Part shown: piece after piece, positions 8,622 through 18,554 of the stretch
How the letters are laid out: each line of letters opens with the position of its first letter
Position numbering within the stretch: the first letter of the stretch is position 1
From: a virus
Virus record (IMG/VR): IMGVR_UViG_3300045996_000987
Reading direction: 5' to 3' (one strand)
DNA: 64,000 bases
Translations under genes and position numbers: made by a program
The notes under the pieces: model-generated
What the model saw: the letters and a program-made list of their open reading frames with translations, nothing else
Databases searched by the model: none
What the model was told of the DNA's origin: nothing

Positions 8622-9821
8622 CTACCGCTTGGCGGCCTTGCACACGTCGCGCACGAAGGCGGGCCAGCGGGCCTCGTCCAGCATCGTGCGCTGGAACGCG
8701 CTGAGGAGGTCGGTCATGCCCTTCCCGGCCTCGGTCTTCTCGATGGTCGCGAGATGGTCGGAGCAGGCGCGGTCCTGCGCGATGCGCCAGAACATCTTGC
8801 TTCGGAGCCGCGCGACGTAGTGCTCCCGCTCCCGCTCGATGGCCGCGCGCATCTCCGAGCTTCCGGGGGCCGGCTGCTCCACCCGCCCGACCGTGCGCTG
8901 CGCCCGCTCGCCGTCGAAGCCGCAGAGCATGCGGAGTTCCGGGTCCGTGTGCAGGATCGAGAGCATGCGCGCGTGCATCTCGGGGAGCTTCCGCACCATG
9001 TCCCGCTTGATGCGCTCGAACTCTTTGGCGCCCAGTTCCTCTTCCGTGAGCCCGGCGATGCGCAGCACCTCGCTGTACCGGCGGGGGAAGAACAGCCACT
9101 CGGTGAGCCAGAAGATCGCAGCCGGCGCCCCGTACTCCCGCACCGCGATCTCCATCACCCGCGTGACGCCGGGGCCGAAGATGTTGCGCTCATCCTCCAT
9201 GAGCCGGTGGAACTCGGCGTTCTCCACCCGGTCCATGCTATCGTAGTCAGCGATCGGCAGTGCAACCGCTTCCGGATCGAAGGGCGAGACGCGAGGGCCG
9301 TGGCGGAACTGGCGCGCGTCCAGCTTGGCGCTGGCCCGGCCGGCGGTCGCGAGGGGGACGAGGCCGACGCGCGCCTGCTTCCGCTGCATCTCCTCCTGAT
9401 GATAGTCGGTCCCGACTCCGGCGATCAGGTCGCGGAACTCCTGCGCCGCCGCGCGCACGACCTCTTCGTCCGGCACAGGGATGTGCGGCACGTAGCTGCC
9501 GAAATCCGGAAACTCGGCCACGATGATGTCGTGGTCGTGCGTCCGGTCTTTACCCGTGCAGCCATGCTTCCGGCGGGCGGCGATCCACCACGCGTCATCG
9601 AGCCCCCGGAGGAGGGAGAAGCGGTTGATGAGGACGCGGTAGAGGCCGAAGGCCAAGGCCGATTGTAGGTACTGCTCGATGTCCTCGTCGGGGAGCGCTG
9701 CCCGCGAGATCACCTTGCGCACCGTGTTGATCCGGTGCCGGACGGCCCCGCGTAGCTGCTTGAGGAGGGCGGGGCGGCAGACGTACCCGGTGATAAATTG
9801 GCCCTGCTGAGAGGTTGACAT
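8622..9821 (-). CDS. Hypothetical protein (weak ThyX-like RHR and RKQAR-LVPLAT motifs only)
   Basis: 399-aa ORF. Motifs are reminiscent of flavin-dependent thymidylate synthase but in a non-canonical arrangement and without the N-domain. Confidence 0.4.
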   Translation of the reverse strand: MSTSQQGQFITGYVCRPALLKQLRGAVRHRINTVRKVISRAALPDEDIEQYLQSALAFGLYRVLINRFSLLRGLDDAWWIAARRKHGCTGKDRTHDHDIIVAEFPDFGSYVPHIPVPDEEVVRAAAQEFRDLIAGVGTDYHQEEMQRKQARVGLVPLATAGRASAKLDARQFRHGPRVSPFDPEAVALPIADYDSMDRVENAEFHRLMEDERNIFGPGVTRVMEIAVREYGAPAAIFWLTEWLFFPRRYSEVLRIAGLTEEELGAKEFERIKRDMVRKLPEMHARMLSILHTDPELRMLCGFDGERAQRTVGRVEQPAPGSSEMRAAIEREREHYVARLRSKMFWRIAQDRACSDHLATIEKTEAGKGMTDLLSAFQRTMLDEARWPAFVRDVCKAAKR

Positions 9822-9916
9822 GCGGCGGATACTTGGGGAGCCCGAAAACGGTTACTCGGAACGTACCGGAGACGCGCCGGGGGCAGGAACGTAACGCACC
9901 CCCGGCGGCTCATCCG

Positions 9917-10204
9917 TTAGGCACGGGCCGCCCGTTGAACGCGGGGTGGGGGAGGCCCCGACACCCGCGCGTCCGCCATCTCCTGTTCCGAGATTCCGTA
10001 GTAGGCGGCGATCCGGGCCGGGCCGGGGCATTGGTCCGCCCAGCCCCAGTGCCGCATCGAGGCCGCCGCTTCGATGTTTCGCTGGCGGCAGACGCCGCAG
10101 ACGTGCTCGTGGCGGATCTGGCCGTACAGCTTGACCGAGCGGCAGTGCTTGGCCCGCCGCAGTTTGCAGTCGGAGCAGAGGTCTACCTGTCCTTCGGCTA
10201 CCAT
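9917..10204 (-). CDS. Cys-rich zinc-finger protein
   Basis: CSDC...C and CGVC motifs; GGAGG RBS. Confidence 0.4.
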   Translation of the reverse strand: MVAEGQVDLCSDCKLRRAKHCRSVKLYGQIRHEHVCGVCRQRNIEAAASMRHWGWADQCPGPARIAAYYGISEQEMADARVSGPPPPRVQRAARA

Positions 10205-10215
10205 GCGGCCTCCGG

Positions 10216-11358
10216 CTACGTGGATGATCTAGCTACAGGGGATCGTGGTCGTCGGGTCGGTTGGAGTGGCCGAAGACCCCGCCCCGTTACTTGTGGTGCA
10301 AGCGGACGCCCTGCATGAGCGACCTCGCCCGCCCGCGCACTCTGCCGCGCCCGTACAACCTCACGTAGTGCAGGGGAGTAGTCCCGGAGCGGGTCAGCAA
10401 CGAAGGTGCCAGCATCCTCGGCGGCCTGAACCGCAAGCTCGTCCAACGGGGCCAGTGGGCAGAGCGCGCACCGCGTGGGATCGCCTAGCGGGATCTCCCC
10501 GCAGGGGAAGCCGAGAGGCGTCCCACGGTCCCACGGTGTCTGCGGCTCGATGCCGACAGGGATGTGCGGCACCGGCTGCACGCGCGCCGGGGGCGGCCCG
10601 ACGAACGGCCCCTCGTACTGGACTCCCCGCATCGTGTCCGGGTGTGCGCTCGGCGCGAGGGGGATCGTCGCGCCATTCGCCATTACTAGCCGCTGCCCCT
10701 TCACACCCGAGGCGAGGAGGAGGAGGACGGCGAGCGGATCGAGCAGGAAGGCGAGCACCGTGATGACCAGCTTGGCCAGCCCGTCCTGCGTCGTGCCGAA
10801 GAGATCCGCGGCGAACCGTAGCTCCCCGATGTCCTGCTCGGCCGTGATCTGCGAGCGCCGGAGGGTCGATAGCTCCGTGCGCTTCTCCGTGATGGTGGCC
10901 GAGAGCCGGTCGATCTCGGGCTGCACCGTGGCGAGCATCCGCCGCCGGTTCGTGCCCTGTGCCGCCGGGATGGACTCCACCTGCCGGAGCAGGCGGTCCC
11001 GATCAGCCTCGATCGCGGTGATCTCCGAGGCCACGATCTCGATGGTGCCGGCCCCGGTCACGGCCGTCGTGCGGCCCTGATCGTATGCCCGGCCGAGGTA
11101 CCCGTAGATCCCGAGCGACGAGATCCCGACGAGGCAGAGCAGGCCCACGGTGAGCAGGAGCGGGACGAGCCGGACCCGGAAGTTCTGGATCAGATGGAGG
11201 GTGATCGCGACCTTCGCCGTCTCGAAGGCGATGGCCATGACGAGGATGGACAGCCCGGCCCCGGCGAAGAGGTGGACAAGCCCCGTCGCGGAGAAGTAGA
11301 GCGAGATGCCAGCAAGGAAGAGCCCCGAGAGGAGGGGCAGATTGCGGAGGTGTCTCAC
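10216..11358 (-). CDS. Membrane protein with coiled-coil segment
   Basis: N-terminal and central hydrophobic helices plus a heptad-like region; the C-terminal part is low complexity, so the true stop is uncertain. Confidence 0.35.
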   Translation of the reverse strand: MRHLRNLPLLSGLFLAGISLYFSATGLVHLFAGAGLSILVMAIAFETAKVAITLHLIQNFRVRLVPLLLTVGLLCLVGISSLGIYGYLGRAYDQGRTTAVTGAGTIEIVASEITAIEADRDRLLRQVESIPAAQGTNRRRMLATVQPEIDRLSATITEKRTELSTLRRSQITAEQDIGELRFAADLFGTTQDGLAKLVITVLAFLLDPLAVLLLLASGVKGQRLVMANGATIPLAPSAHPDTMRGVQYEGPFVGPPPARVQPVPHIPVGIEPQTPWDRGTPLGFPCGEIPLGDPTRCALCPLAPLDELAVQAAEDAGTFVADPLRDYSPALREVVRARQSARAGEVAHAGRPLAPQVTGRGLRPLQPTRRPRSPVARSST

Positions 11359-11552
11359 TCGGAGATCTCCAACGAACTGTCGTCCACCGAGACGAGGACG
11401 CCGGGAAGCTCATCGAAGAGCACCATCGGCGTGCCGTCCGTTGCATAGGCCACGATCCGGCCGGTCGCGCCCTCCTCGATATGAAGGCTAACCTTGCCCC
11501 GCCCGTGGTGGTTGTAGACGCCCGTGTAGCGTACCCACTCTCCCACCTTCAT
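11355..11552 (-). CDS. Hypothetical protein
   Basis: 65-aa ORF. Confidence 0.35.
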   Translation of the reverse strand: MKVGEWVRYTGVYNHHGRGKVSLHIEEGATGRIVAYATDGTPMVLFDELPGVLVSVDDSSLEISE

Positions 11553-11941
11553 TCCTCAGTCTCCGTCTTCGGGTTGAGAACGGTGTGGACCGCCTCTAAC
11601 GTGGCGGTCGGGAGATCCTTCCACTTCGTCGCCCCGATCTTCTCGATCAACCGAGCCCGCAGGCGGACCTCGCGGACCTCGGCCAGCGCCTCGGGCGTCG
11701 CTTGGGCGAGGAAGGTGCGCCCGCCCCACAGACCCCCGGCGCCTCCGACGAGGTTGCCGTCCTTCCGGCGGAAGCGATCCTGCCGCGCGCTGCTCCGGCG
11801 CACGATGATCTGCGTGCCGGTCAGCCGGACGACCTTGCAGATGGTGCGCTCGATGGCGGTGTAGCCCGTGCAGACGAGCACGAGATCACCGGGGGCGAGC
11901 TTCGAGAGCCAGTCTTCGCTCTCCGAATCAAGGAAGGACAT
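11549..11941 (-). CDS. Hypothetical protein
   Basis: 130-aa ORF; CAAGTAACC 22 nt upstream of the ATG. Confidence 0.4.
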   Translation of the reverse strand: MSFLDSESEDWLSKLAPGDLVLVCTGYTAIERTICKVVRLTGTQIIVRRSSARQDRFRRKDGNLVGGAGGLWGGRTFLAQATPEALAEVREVRLRARLIEKIGATKWKDLPTATLEAVHTVLNPKTETEE

Positions 11942-12067
11942 TGCGATCTCGCGGAACGGGGTTACTTGGACACGTAGGCGGTGGACGCCGCCAAGGGCTT
12001 ACCTCTCGGCCGGGAGGAATAGGACAAGGCGACGTAACCGAAAGAGCTACGTCGCCTCGCTAGTGAC

Positions 12068-14302
12068 CTACTCGGACTCGGATCGTCCCTGCTTCTGTCG
12101 CCGGGCTTCCCATGCTCGGCGGGCGCCCTCAGCACGGGCAGGAGACATGACGGTCTTCCCGTCCCGTTTCTTCTGGCGCCACTTCCTCATATAGTCGGTG
12201 GCGTCTTCGCGCCGCCGCTCGTGGTGGGGCGCTTGCGGTTCCTTGTAGACCCCGCGGAGCTTGGCGACTTCCACGCGGGAGAGGTTTCGCAGGGCAACGG
12301 TCACCTTGCTAATTCCCCTCCGAGTGGACCCAACGGTCATTGCTTGCACCGCGAGGGGTTTTCCCGTTCCACAAACGCAAGGGCTCTCGAAGCAGGAGGG
12401 GCACACCTCCGTGGCGCGAACGCCGAGTTGGAGTGCCCGCTGATCGAGAGCGAACTGCTTTTTCTCCTCGCGCGTCATGTTCCGGCAGACGACGCTGTGA
12501 GGGGTGTTCGGGAAGTGCCGGAGCCAGATGTGAAGCTGATAGGGGCGGCCGTGGGAGCGGTCCTTCGGGTCGAACTGGATGTCGATCCGGCGCACCCAGT
12601 ACCCGATGATCCGGAGCTTGTCTTCGAGCGGGGAGTGCTCCCACGCTTCCAGCACCTCCGACGTCTCATCAAGGATCTCCTCGATCATCTGCCAGTCGTC
12701 GGTCGAGCGCATCGACGCCGACTCGGCATCCTTCACAGCCTCCTGCGCCGCCTGTAGCTCGACGCCCAACCGGGCCAGCCCGTCCCGGTGCATCTGCTTC
12801 GAGAACTCGTCCGGGGTCCGGTCGATCTCGTCGGCCTTCGCGCGTGCCGATTCGAGGATGGCCTTGACCTTGGCCTTCGCCTTCTCGACCGAGTTCTCAG
12901 ACGCCTCGACGTTGTTGACGGCCTCCTCGTAGAGCGCCTTCATGGCCAGTCCCCACGCCGGGCCGGTGCGGAACTTTTTCAGTTCGTCACGGACGGCGCA
13001 CTCCACGGACCAGCCATCGACGTGATACTCACGGCAGCCGAGCGCCTTCTGCCGCTCCCGCATCTCCTGCTTCTCGCGGTTGTAGGTGCGCGAGCGGTGC
13101 TTGTACTCGGCCGACCCGTACTGGAGAAAGTGGCCTTCCTTCCCGTTCGGCTTCCGGGTGCGGGCCGTGTAGAGGCAGCCGCAGTCCGCGCAGAACATGA
13201 TGTTCGAGAGGACACGGGCCGAGTACGGCTCCGGCCGCTTCCGGCGCTGTTGGTCCCGGCGCTCCATCTCGTCCTGCACCTTCTGCCAGAGCGAAAGGGG
13301 CACCATCGGTTCCCAGTTCGCGTCGTACCATTCCTTCTCCTGCACCTTCCGCCCGCCGTAGGGCACCTTCCCGATCAGCACCTTATTGGTGAGAACCGCC
13401 CGCACCCCCCGCGTGTCCCATAGCTCGTTGTTGTGCGAGTTCCGGTAGCCTGACTTGTTCATCAACTCCACGAGCCGGGGGAACGACCAGTGGCGCAGGA
13501 AGGCCGGGGCCAGTGTGTCGGTCCAGAACGCGATTTTCTCGTCGTGCGGCTGGAGGATGGTCGAGTTCTTCTGGCCGTAGTCGCCGGGGAGCGTCTTCAC
13601 CTCACCGAAGTCGTCGGTGTACTTCTCGCCCGTCGAGTCGCGGAGCGGCACCTTCCGGCGGGTGCAGAAGCGCACCGTACCGAACGGCGCCCGCGAGTAG
13701 ACCCAGTACCCGAGCTTGGCCCAGTCCTGCTTCCCCCGCGACGTGTCGAGCGTGAGGTTGGCCGACGTCTCACCGGCCTGCCGGATGGCCATCTGGAACG
13801 TGAAGTCATCGACTTCATCGAAGCCGGTATCGGCCACACCATTGACAAAGCGCGGCAGCCAGCCCGCCTCCCACAACTGGAGATAGACGAGCGCCGCCTT
13901 CCGGGCCTCAACGATTAGCTCGTCGTTCTTCCCCTTCCGAACCGGACGAGCGAAGCGCGACGGGTGATTGATCCGGATGTGGCACTTGTTCTCCCGTGGC
14001 TGCGGATTGGCGAGGCAGAAGGCTACCATCCGCTCGAACTGCGGGCGGTCCCACTTCCGGCCGGACATCTTGTCCCCGTAGTGCGTGGGGATCTCCGTGC
14101 CCGGAATGGTCAGCGGCACCTCGCCCCACTTCCGGTAGATCTCGTTGTGCTGCTGTGGAATGGAATGCGACTGGTTCGTCGCCTCCGCGCGAGACGACGA
14201 TCGAGCGTACACGAGGGACGTGCCCGGAGGCACGCGGAGCCCGCGGGCGGGGGTGAGCCCACCGACGAGCACCTTGAGATCGGGTCTGGCGGGTGAGGTC
14301 AT
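12068..14302 (-). CDS. Large serine recombinase (phage integrase type)
   Basis: SLVYARSSS...Q...DRPQFERM resolvase catalytic motifs, a long recombinase domain, a CADCGC zinc ribbon and a coiled-coil. Start refined to MTSPARP (ATG 14302) with GGTAACCCAA-ATG upstream. Confidence 0.8.
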   Translation of the reverse strand: MTSPARPDLKVLVGGLTPARGLRVPPGTSLVYARSSSRAEATNQSHSIPQQHNEIYRKWGEVPLTIPGTEIPTHYGDKMSGRKWDRPQFERMVAFCLANPQPRENKCHIRINHPSRFARPVRKGKNDELIVEARKAALVYLQLWEAGWLPRFVNGVADTGFDEVDDFTFQMAIRQAGETSANLTLDTSRGKQDWAKLGYWVYSRAPFGTVRFCTRRKVPLRDSTGEKYTDDFGEVKTLPGDYGQKNSTILQPHDEKIAFWTDTLAPAFLRHWSFPRLVELMNKSGYRNSHNNELWDTRGVRAVLTNKVLIGKVPYGGRKVQEKEWYDANWEPMVPLSLWQKVQDEMERRDQQRRKRPEPYSARVLSNIMFCADCGCLYTARTRKPNGKEGHFLQYGSAEYKHRSRTYNREKQEMRERQKALGCREYHVDGWSVECAVRDELKKFRTGPAWGLAMKALYEEAVNNVEASENSVEKAKAKVKAILESARAKADEIDRTPDEFSKQMHRDGLARLGVELQAAQEAVKDAESASMRSTDDWQMIEEILDETSEVLEAWEHSPLEDKLRIIGYWVRRIDIQFDPKDRSHGRPYQLHIWLRHFPNTPHSVVCRNMTREEKKQFALDQRALQLGVRATEVCPSCFESPCVCGTGKPLAVQAMTVGSTRRGISKVTVALRNLSRVEVAKLRGVYKEPQAPHHERRREDATDYMRKWRQKKRDGKTVMSPARAEGARRAWEARRQKQGRSESE

Positions 14303-14307
14303 TTGGG

Positions 14308-14490
14308 TTACCGGGTGATCCTTCGCTTGAAGGCGGTGAAGCACACCTCAATGTACTTCCGGAAGACTAGCGCCTCGTCTTCGTCCTTGTAGCGCTCTGC
14401 GATCCACGCCTTCGCGCGGGCTCGCATCTCCTCCGTGTACGGAGGAAGTGCCACCGGCATACTACTCATACGCGCACGCCGGTCAAGCAC
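14308..14490 (-). CDS. Hypothetical protein
   Basis: 60-aa ORF, likely starting at MSSMPV. Confidence 0.3.
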   Translation of the reverse strand: MLDRRARMSSMPVALPPYTEEMRARAKAWIAERYKDEDEALVFRKYIEVCFTAFKRRITR

Positions 14491-14599
14491 CCGTCCGGGT
14501 GCTCGTTGTTCTTACCGTAAAACATGATCCGGGTTACCTGATCGAGCGGTTACTTGGCGGGGGTGTCCAGTCCCCGCGGGTGGTACGTGTCCACCCACT

Positions 14600-14626
14600 A
14601 CCTCCCGATTCCCGGATCTAGGACAA
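14600..14626 (-). promoter_or_regulatory. Promoter-like element TGTCCT-N13-GGGAGGTA
   Basis: Reverse complement of tacctccc(14600-07)...aggaca(14621-26); directly downstream of the terminator at 14624-14663. Confidence 0.4.
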
Positions 14627-14663
14627 AAACTGGCGAGGCCCCGTCATCCAGACCGGGGCCTCC
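14624..14663 (-). terminator. Rho-independent terminator after gene 14693..14929
   Basis: GAGGCCCCG...CGGGGCCTC hairpin plus a T-run on the minus strand. Confidence 0.5.
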
Positions 14664-14692
14664 CTGTTACCGCGTGTTACCGTAGCGCGAGG

Positions 14693-14929
14693 CTAGAAGT
14701 GCTCGCGGAGCCACCGCCGCTTGGCGGGCAGGACGTAGCGCGCGTGGAAGGTGGGGATCGTCATCCCGCGGAACGCCCGCGGATGCTTCGGCTTGAGCTT
14801 GTTGTAGACCTCAGTCGAGGCGACGTCGTAGTTGCGCTTCACCGCGCGCCAGACGGCCTCCTTCACGTTCTCATCGACATTGCTCTTCACGCGCGGCTTG
14901 CGCGGCGCGGTACGGGCGAGTGCGGGCAT
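14693..14929 (-). CDS. Hypothetical basic protein
   Basis: Start refined to MPALART with an AGGAG RBS. Confidence 0.35.
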   Translation of the reverse strand: MPALARTAPRKPRVKSNVDENVKEAVWRAVKRNYDVASTEVYNKLKPKHPRAFRGMTIPTFHARYVLPAKRRWLREHF

Positions 14930-15036
14930 GTGGTACTCCTGATGTGGGGAGTGAATCTGCCAGAGGAAAGGGCTGAAATGACTCGGGCGAGCCAACTGGG
15001 CTCGCCCGGTCACCGACCGCGGTTGTCGTGCAAGGA

Positions 15037-16146
15037 CTACGCCGAGGGTATCGCGGGTTCTCCCCGGCGGCTGCTAAAACGGCCGCTGCTGCGCCGAAGC
15101 TCGCCCTCGCGATTGTCGCGAGCGCGGTCCTGTGTGTTGTGGTCGATACCCGGTCCCCGCTTCGGGAAGATCCCGTAGAGGTTGGCCAGCGCGAATCTCC
15201 CGCTGTCGTCCGGGTGCTGGTAGTCGGGCTTGGGCTTGGGGGGTACCCAGTCCGTCGCCTGCCGGAACTCTCCGATCCGCTTCGCGAGCCGGGCGGGCAC
15301 GGCGAGGATGTCTGTCCAGCTACGCATCTTGATCTCCCCCACGCTGATGCGTTCGCGCCAGCGCACGGAGAGCGTGTGGTTGACGATGTTCAGGACGCTC
15401 TCCCATGCCCGCATCTTGTTCACCTTGTTCTGCACCGCGAGGGCCGCGTCGATCTCCGGCCGGGCCTCGGGCACGTAGGACAGGATGAACTTGACCGCGG
15501 AGTTGGTCACCGCCGTGTCGGCCACCCACTCCTGCCACGCGGTCGGGAAAATGACCCACATCGGCGCCGTCCCGGCCAGCGTGACCAGCTTCCACGTCTC
15601 CTTCACGCCGGTCCCGAAGCTCACGCGCTGCTCCTCGTGCTCGTCGCACACGAGGTAGTCCCGGTCGGGATCGAAGTCCACGGTGGCCGTGACCTCGACC
15701 GACAGGAACTCGTCGGTCTTCTCCGCGACCTTCACGGAAAAGACCCCTTCACGGCTCGCCCACAGGACGGCCCACTTCCCGAGGTAGTTCGGGTTGTCGG
15801 TCGGCCGCCGGTCGAGCACGGTCGTCGTCCACGTCCCCCACGGCTCGCCCACCAACTCCTCGTAGGTGTCGTGGGCAAGCGTGAGGGCACGGATGGTGTC
15901 GTGGGGCACCGCGAAGTACCGCGTGCCGTCCGTGGTGAAAGGATTTGGGTACTCGTACCGTTCGAGATCCGCGAGCGGGATGTCGGCGCAGAAGACGTCC
16001 GGCCCGTGGCCCTTCACGGGTTGACTCGTGAAACACAGATGTGGATAGTCCTTCCCCGCCAGCCGGCACTCCTGCCGCATGCAGGGAAGAATCCCGCGCA
16101 ACGGCGATACCAACTCCCGTCTCGCGGTGGTGTAGTAGGCGATCAT
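15037..16146 (-). CDS. Hypothetical protein
   Basis: 369-aa ORF; no recognised motif. Confidence 0.4.
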   Translation of the reverse strand: MIAYYTTARRELVSPLRGILPCMRQECRLAGKDYPHLCFTSQPVKGHGPDVFCADIPLADLERYEYPNPFTTDGTRYFAVPHDTIRALTLAHDTYEELVGEPWGTWTTTVLDRRPTDNPNYLGKWAVLWASREGVFSVKVAEKTDEFLSVEVTATVDFDPDRDYLVCDEHEEQRVSFGTGVKETWKLVTLAGTAPMWVIFPTAWQEWVADTAVTNSAVKFILSYVPEARPEIDAALAVQNKVNKMRAWESVLNIVNHTLSVRWRERISVGEIKMRSWTDILAVPARLAKRIGEFRQATDWVPPKPKPDYQHPDDSGRFALANLYGIFPKRGPGIDHNTQDRARDNREGELRRSSGRFSSRRGEPAIPSA

Positions 16147-16181
16147 CGCAGGGGCCTCGGAGTAGATAGCGTTTCGGGTAC

Positions 16182-17378
16182 CTAGTCTGCCGGAGTATTC
16201 AGCCAGCCGTAAAGTTCAAGTGCACGCTCAGTGAGGCATTGTCCGCCGATTGTGGTGAGCAACCCCAACCGGATCAGCTTGGGCTGGATGCGCTTGAGAT
16301 ACGTGTTGCGATCCACCCCAGCGGCGCTGCACAGCGCCGTCTCAGACATCTTGTACCGCACCTCGCCTGAGCGACCGGCGAGCCGATGCGGGGAGCGCAG
16401 GAGCGCCGCAATACAATCGCGGTCCTCGCGCAGCAACCCCCGCTGATCCACCTCCATCAACCGAAACGCTTTCGCCGCATGGTCCGGGGTGATGGACGAC
16501 GCCCCCGCCACACGCGCAACCTTTCGTGCCTCCGAGAAGATGAGCTTCGCCTGCCACGGAAACAACGCTCGCTCCGCGATCTCGTACGCGGCGTCGGGAT
16601 GTACTGGCACCCCGATCGCCCCGCCCTGATCCTGCACGATGAGACTCAGGGTATCGTGGTCCGGCTCCGTCAGTCGAAGCTCGGGCTCCAGACGCCGCCG
16701 CATCGCGCCGCCGGTCGTCCGGTCCAGATCGCCCGGATCTGTGGTGGCCCCAATCCACGAGATCGTCGGCGCCACGTCCAGCCACGAACCATCACCGCAC
16801 GGGAACCGAAGACGGCCGGTGTCGTGCAGCGTGTGGAAGAGGTGTTCGAGGTTCTGGAGCGTGTGGATCTCGTCAATGAAGACCGAGGCCCACGGGTCGT
16901 GGCAGACCGCCCGCATGAACCGTTCAAGCTGCCCCGCCGTGGGCACCTGCGCGGGCAGGAGTTCCCAGTAGCTACCGGGCGGCAGGCCCATCTCCATCCG
17001 CCGCTCCTGCACCCGCAGGACCGTGATCCGGGCCAGTGTCGTCTTCCCGGTCCCTGCGGGGCCAGTGAGCAACGCCTTGATCCGGTCCCCGGTTCCCAAG
17101 GCGTTGATGTGCAACATCAGGCGTTCCTTGATCGCCTCCTGCCCCCGGTAGGGCAGGGCGCCGTCCCCCACGAAGAAGCAGTCCGGCTCGCCCTCGGGGA
17201 AGTCGAGGGCGGTGGGCTCGAAGCCGGGGTCCACCAGTGGGGCCACCGTTGTCTTCCCGCTCCCCCACAGGCCCTCGACCATGTAGGGGAAGGACTTCGG
17301 GACGAAGTTCCGGATCATGCCGCAGACGTGATCGGTCACCGCGGCGAAGGCGTCGTTTCCGTTCGGTCGTGTCGTCAT
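16182..17378 (-). CDS. RuvB-like AAA+ ATPase (Holliday-junction helicase-like)
   Basis: Walker A LLTGPAGTGKTTLARI, Walker B VFIDEIHTL, sensor IGATTDPGDLDRTT, and a C-terminal winged-helix pattern matching RuvB. Start MTTRPNG with GTAGGAGGTAACCTG-ATG upstream. Confidence 0.65.
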   Translation of the reverse strand: MTTRPNGNDAFAAVTDHVCGMIRNFVPKSFPYMVEGLWGSGKTTVAPLVDPGFEPTALDFPEGEPDCFFVGDGALPYRGQEAIKERLMLHINALGTGDRIKALLTGPAGTGKTTLARITVLRVQERRMEMGLPPGSYWELLPAQVPTAGQLERFMRAVCHDPWASVFIDEIHTLQNLEHLFHTLHDTGRLRFPCGDGSWLDVAPTISWIGATTDPGDLDRTTGGAMRRRLEPELRLTEPDHDTLSLIVQDQGGAIGVPVHPDAAYEIAERALFPWQAKLIFSEARKVARVAGASSITPDHAAKAFRLMEVDQRGLLREDRDCIAALLRSPHRLAGRSGEVRYKMSETALCSAAGVDRNTYLKRIQPKLIRLGLLTTIGGQCLTERALELYGWLNTPAD

Positions 17379-17389
17379 CAGGTTACCTC

Positions 17390-18424
17390 CTACGCGGCTA
17401 CGTGGGGAAAGGAACTCCGGGGGTGTGCACTCAGGGCCGACTCGAATGCCTCGTCTTCGAGTCCGAGATAGATACACGTCGTCCGCACGTCGGAGTGTCC
17501 GAGCATCTTGGACACGACGTACAGATCGACTCCCCGATTGAGAAGGTTCGTGGCGAAGCTGTGACGGAATCGGTGCGGCGTGATTCCCGTTTCCCCGATG
17601 CGCTCCGCGTAGACGCCGACGCGCCGCCAGATGGCGTTGCCCGGATCGTCCAGTGTGGCCAGTGGGGTCATGGTGACGATGCCGCGGCGTACGGCGTAGA
17701 AGAAATGAGCGGTGGGCTTGCGTCGGCGCAGATCATCGAACGCAGCATCAGTGCCGATCTCGGATGTTACCGTAACCGTCCGCTCATCCCCGAGATGGCT
17801 CACCGCCCAGTCCCTCAGTGCCCGGTACTCCTCGGGCGTCACGATCGTCTCGCGCTCGACGTTCCCCTTGCCGACCACGTAGAGGCGGTCCCTCTTCGCG
17901 AGGCCGGCGAGGGAGAGACACGCTGCTTCCTCGCGGCGCAGCCCCGACCCGTAGAGCACTTCCAGCATGGCCCGGTCCTGCAACGTGACCGGCGTGACCT
18001 CTTCCGCGTAGACGGCGGCGAAGATCTGCTTGAGGACGTCCTTCGCCAGCGCCTTCATCCGTGCGTTCCGTCTCGGTACGGCTTGGGTCACCAGCCCCAC
18101 AGTAGGATTAGTGTGGCACAGACCCCGCTCAGTTAGAAAGGCGAAGAAGGACCGAAGGGCAGCAACCTTTACGTTCTGCGTCGGGATGGATGCCGCACCC
18201 TTACCGGGGACTTGGGCGATGGCCTGCCGCCATGCGTGCAGGGTTTCGGTCGTGGCGTAGCTCGGGTGACCGAACTCTTGGCAGAAATCCTCCGCGTAGG
18301 TGCGGTATCGAGCGGCGGTGTCCTCGGTGCGTGGTTTCTTTCCGCTGGTGGGTACCCATGCCTCGAACTCGTCCAGCACGAGCGCGAGTGCATCGGATAC
18401 GGTGGTCGGCCTGTGGCGTCCCAT
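17390..18424 (-). CDS. Tyrosine recombinase, XerC/D-like
   Basis: HRFRHSFAT and LGHSDVRTTCIYL catalytic motifs; VLYGSGLRREEA box. Confidence 0.8.
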   Translation of the reverse strand: MGRHRPTTVSDALALVLDEFEAWVPTSGKKPRTEDTAARYRTYAEDFCQEFGHPSYATTETLHAWRQAIAQVPGKGAASIPTQNVKVAALRSFFAFLTERGLCHTNPTVGLVTQAVPRRNARMKALAKDVLKQIFAAVYAEEVTPVTLQDRAMLEVLYGSGLRREEAACLSLAGLAKRDRLYVVGKGNVERETIVTPEEYRALRDWAVSHLGDERTVTVTSEIGTDAAFDDLRRRKPTAHFFYAVRRGIVTMTPLATLDDPGNAIWRRVGVYAERIGETGITPHRFRHSFATNLLNRGVDLYVVSKMLGHSDVRTTCIYLGLEDEAFESALSAHPRSSFPHVAA

Positions 18425-18470
18425 GTGACCTCCTTGCGGTTACTCGATCGGGTTACTTGCTCGGGAACAC

Positions 18471-18510
18471 GAAGGGCTCCCCAAGTCAGCCTCAACTTAG
18501 GGAGCCCTTC
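18471..18510 (-). terminator. Terminator hairpin after gene 18555..19115
   Basis: GAAGGGCTCCC...GGGAGCCCTTC 11-bp stem. Confidence 0.45.
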
Positions 18511-18554
18511 CATTTCGGCAAGCGCTGCTGCGCCTGCCGCTCCTGCTACCGCGA

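Noticed and set aside
8622-9821. Calling the 399-aa protein a flavin-dependent thymidylate synthase (ThyX)
   Set aside because: Only two short motif resemblances (RHR, RKQAR-LVPLAT) in a non-canonical spacing, and no ThyX N-terminal domain; kept as hypothetical.
14490-14524. 19-codon micro-ORF MFYGKNNEHPDGCLTGVRV as a leader peptide
   Set aside because: Plausible ATGA coupling but too short and unsupported; noted only inside the recombinase finding.
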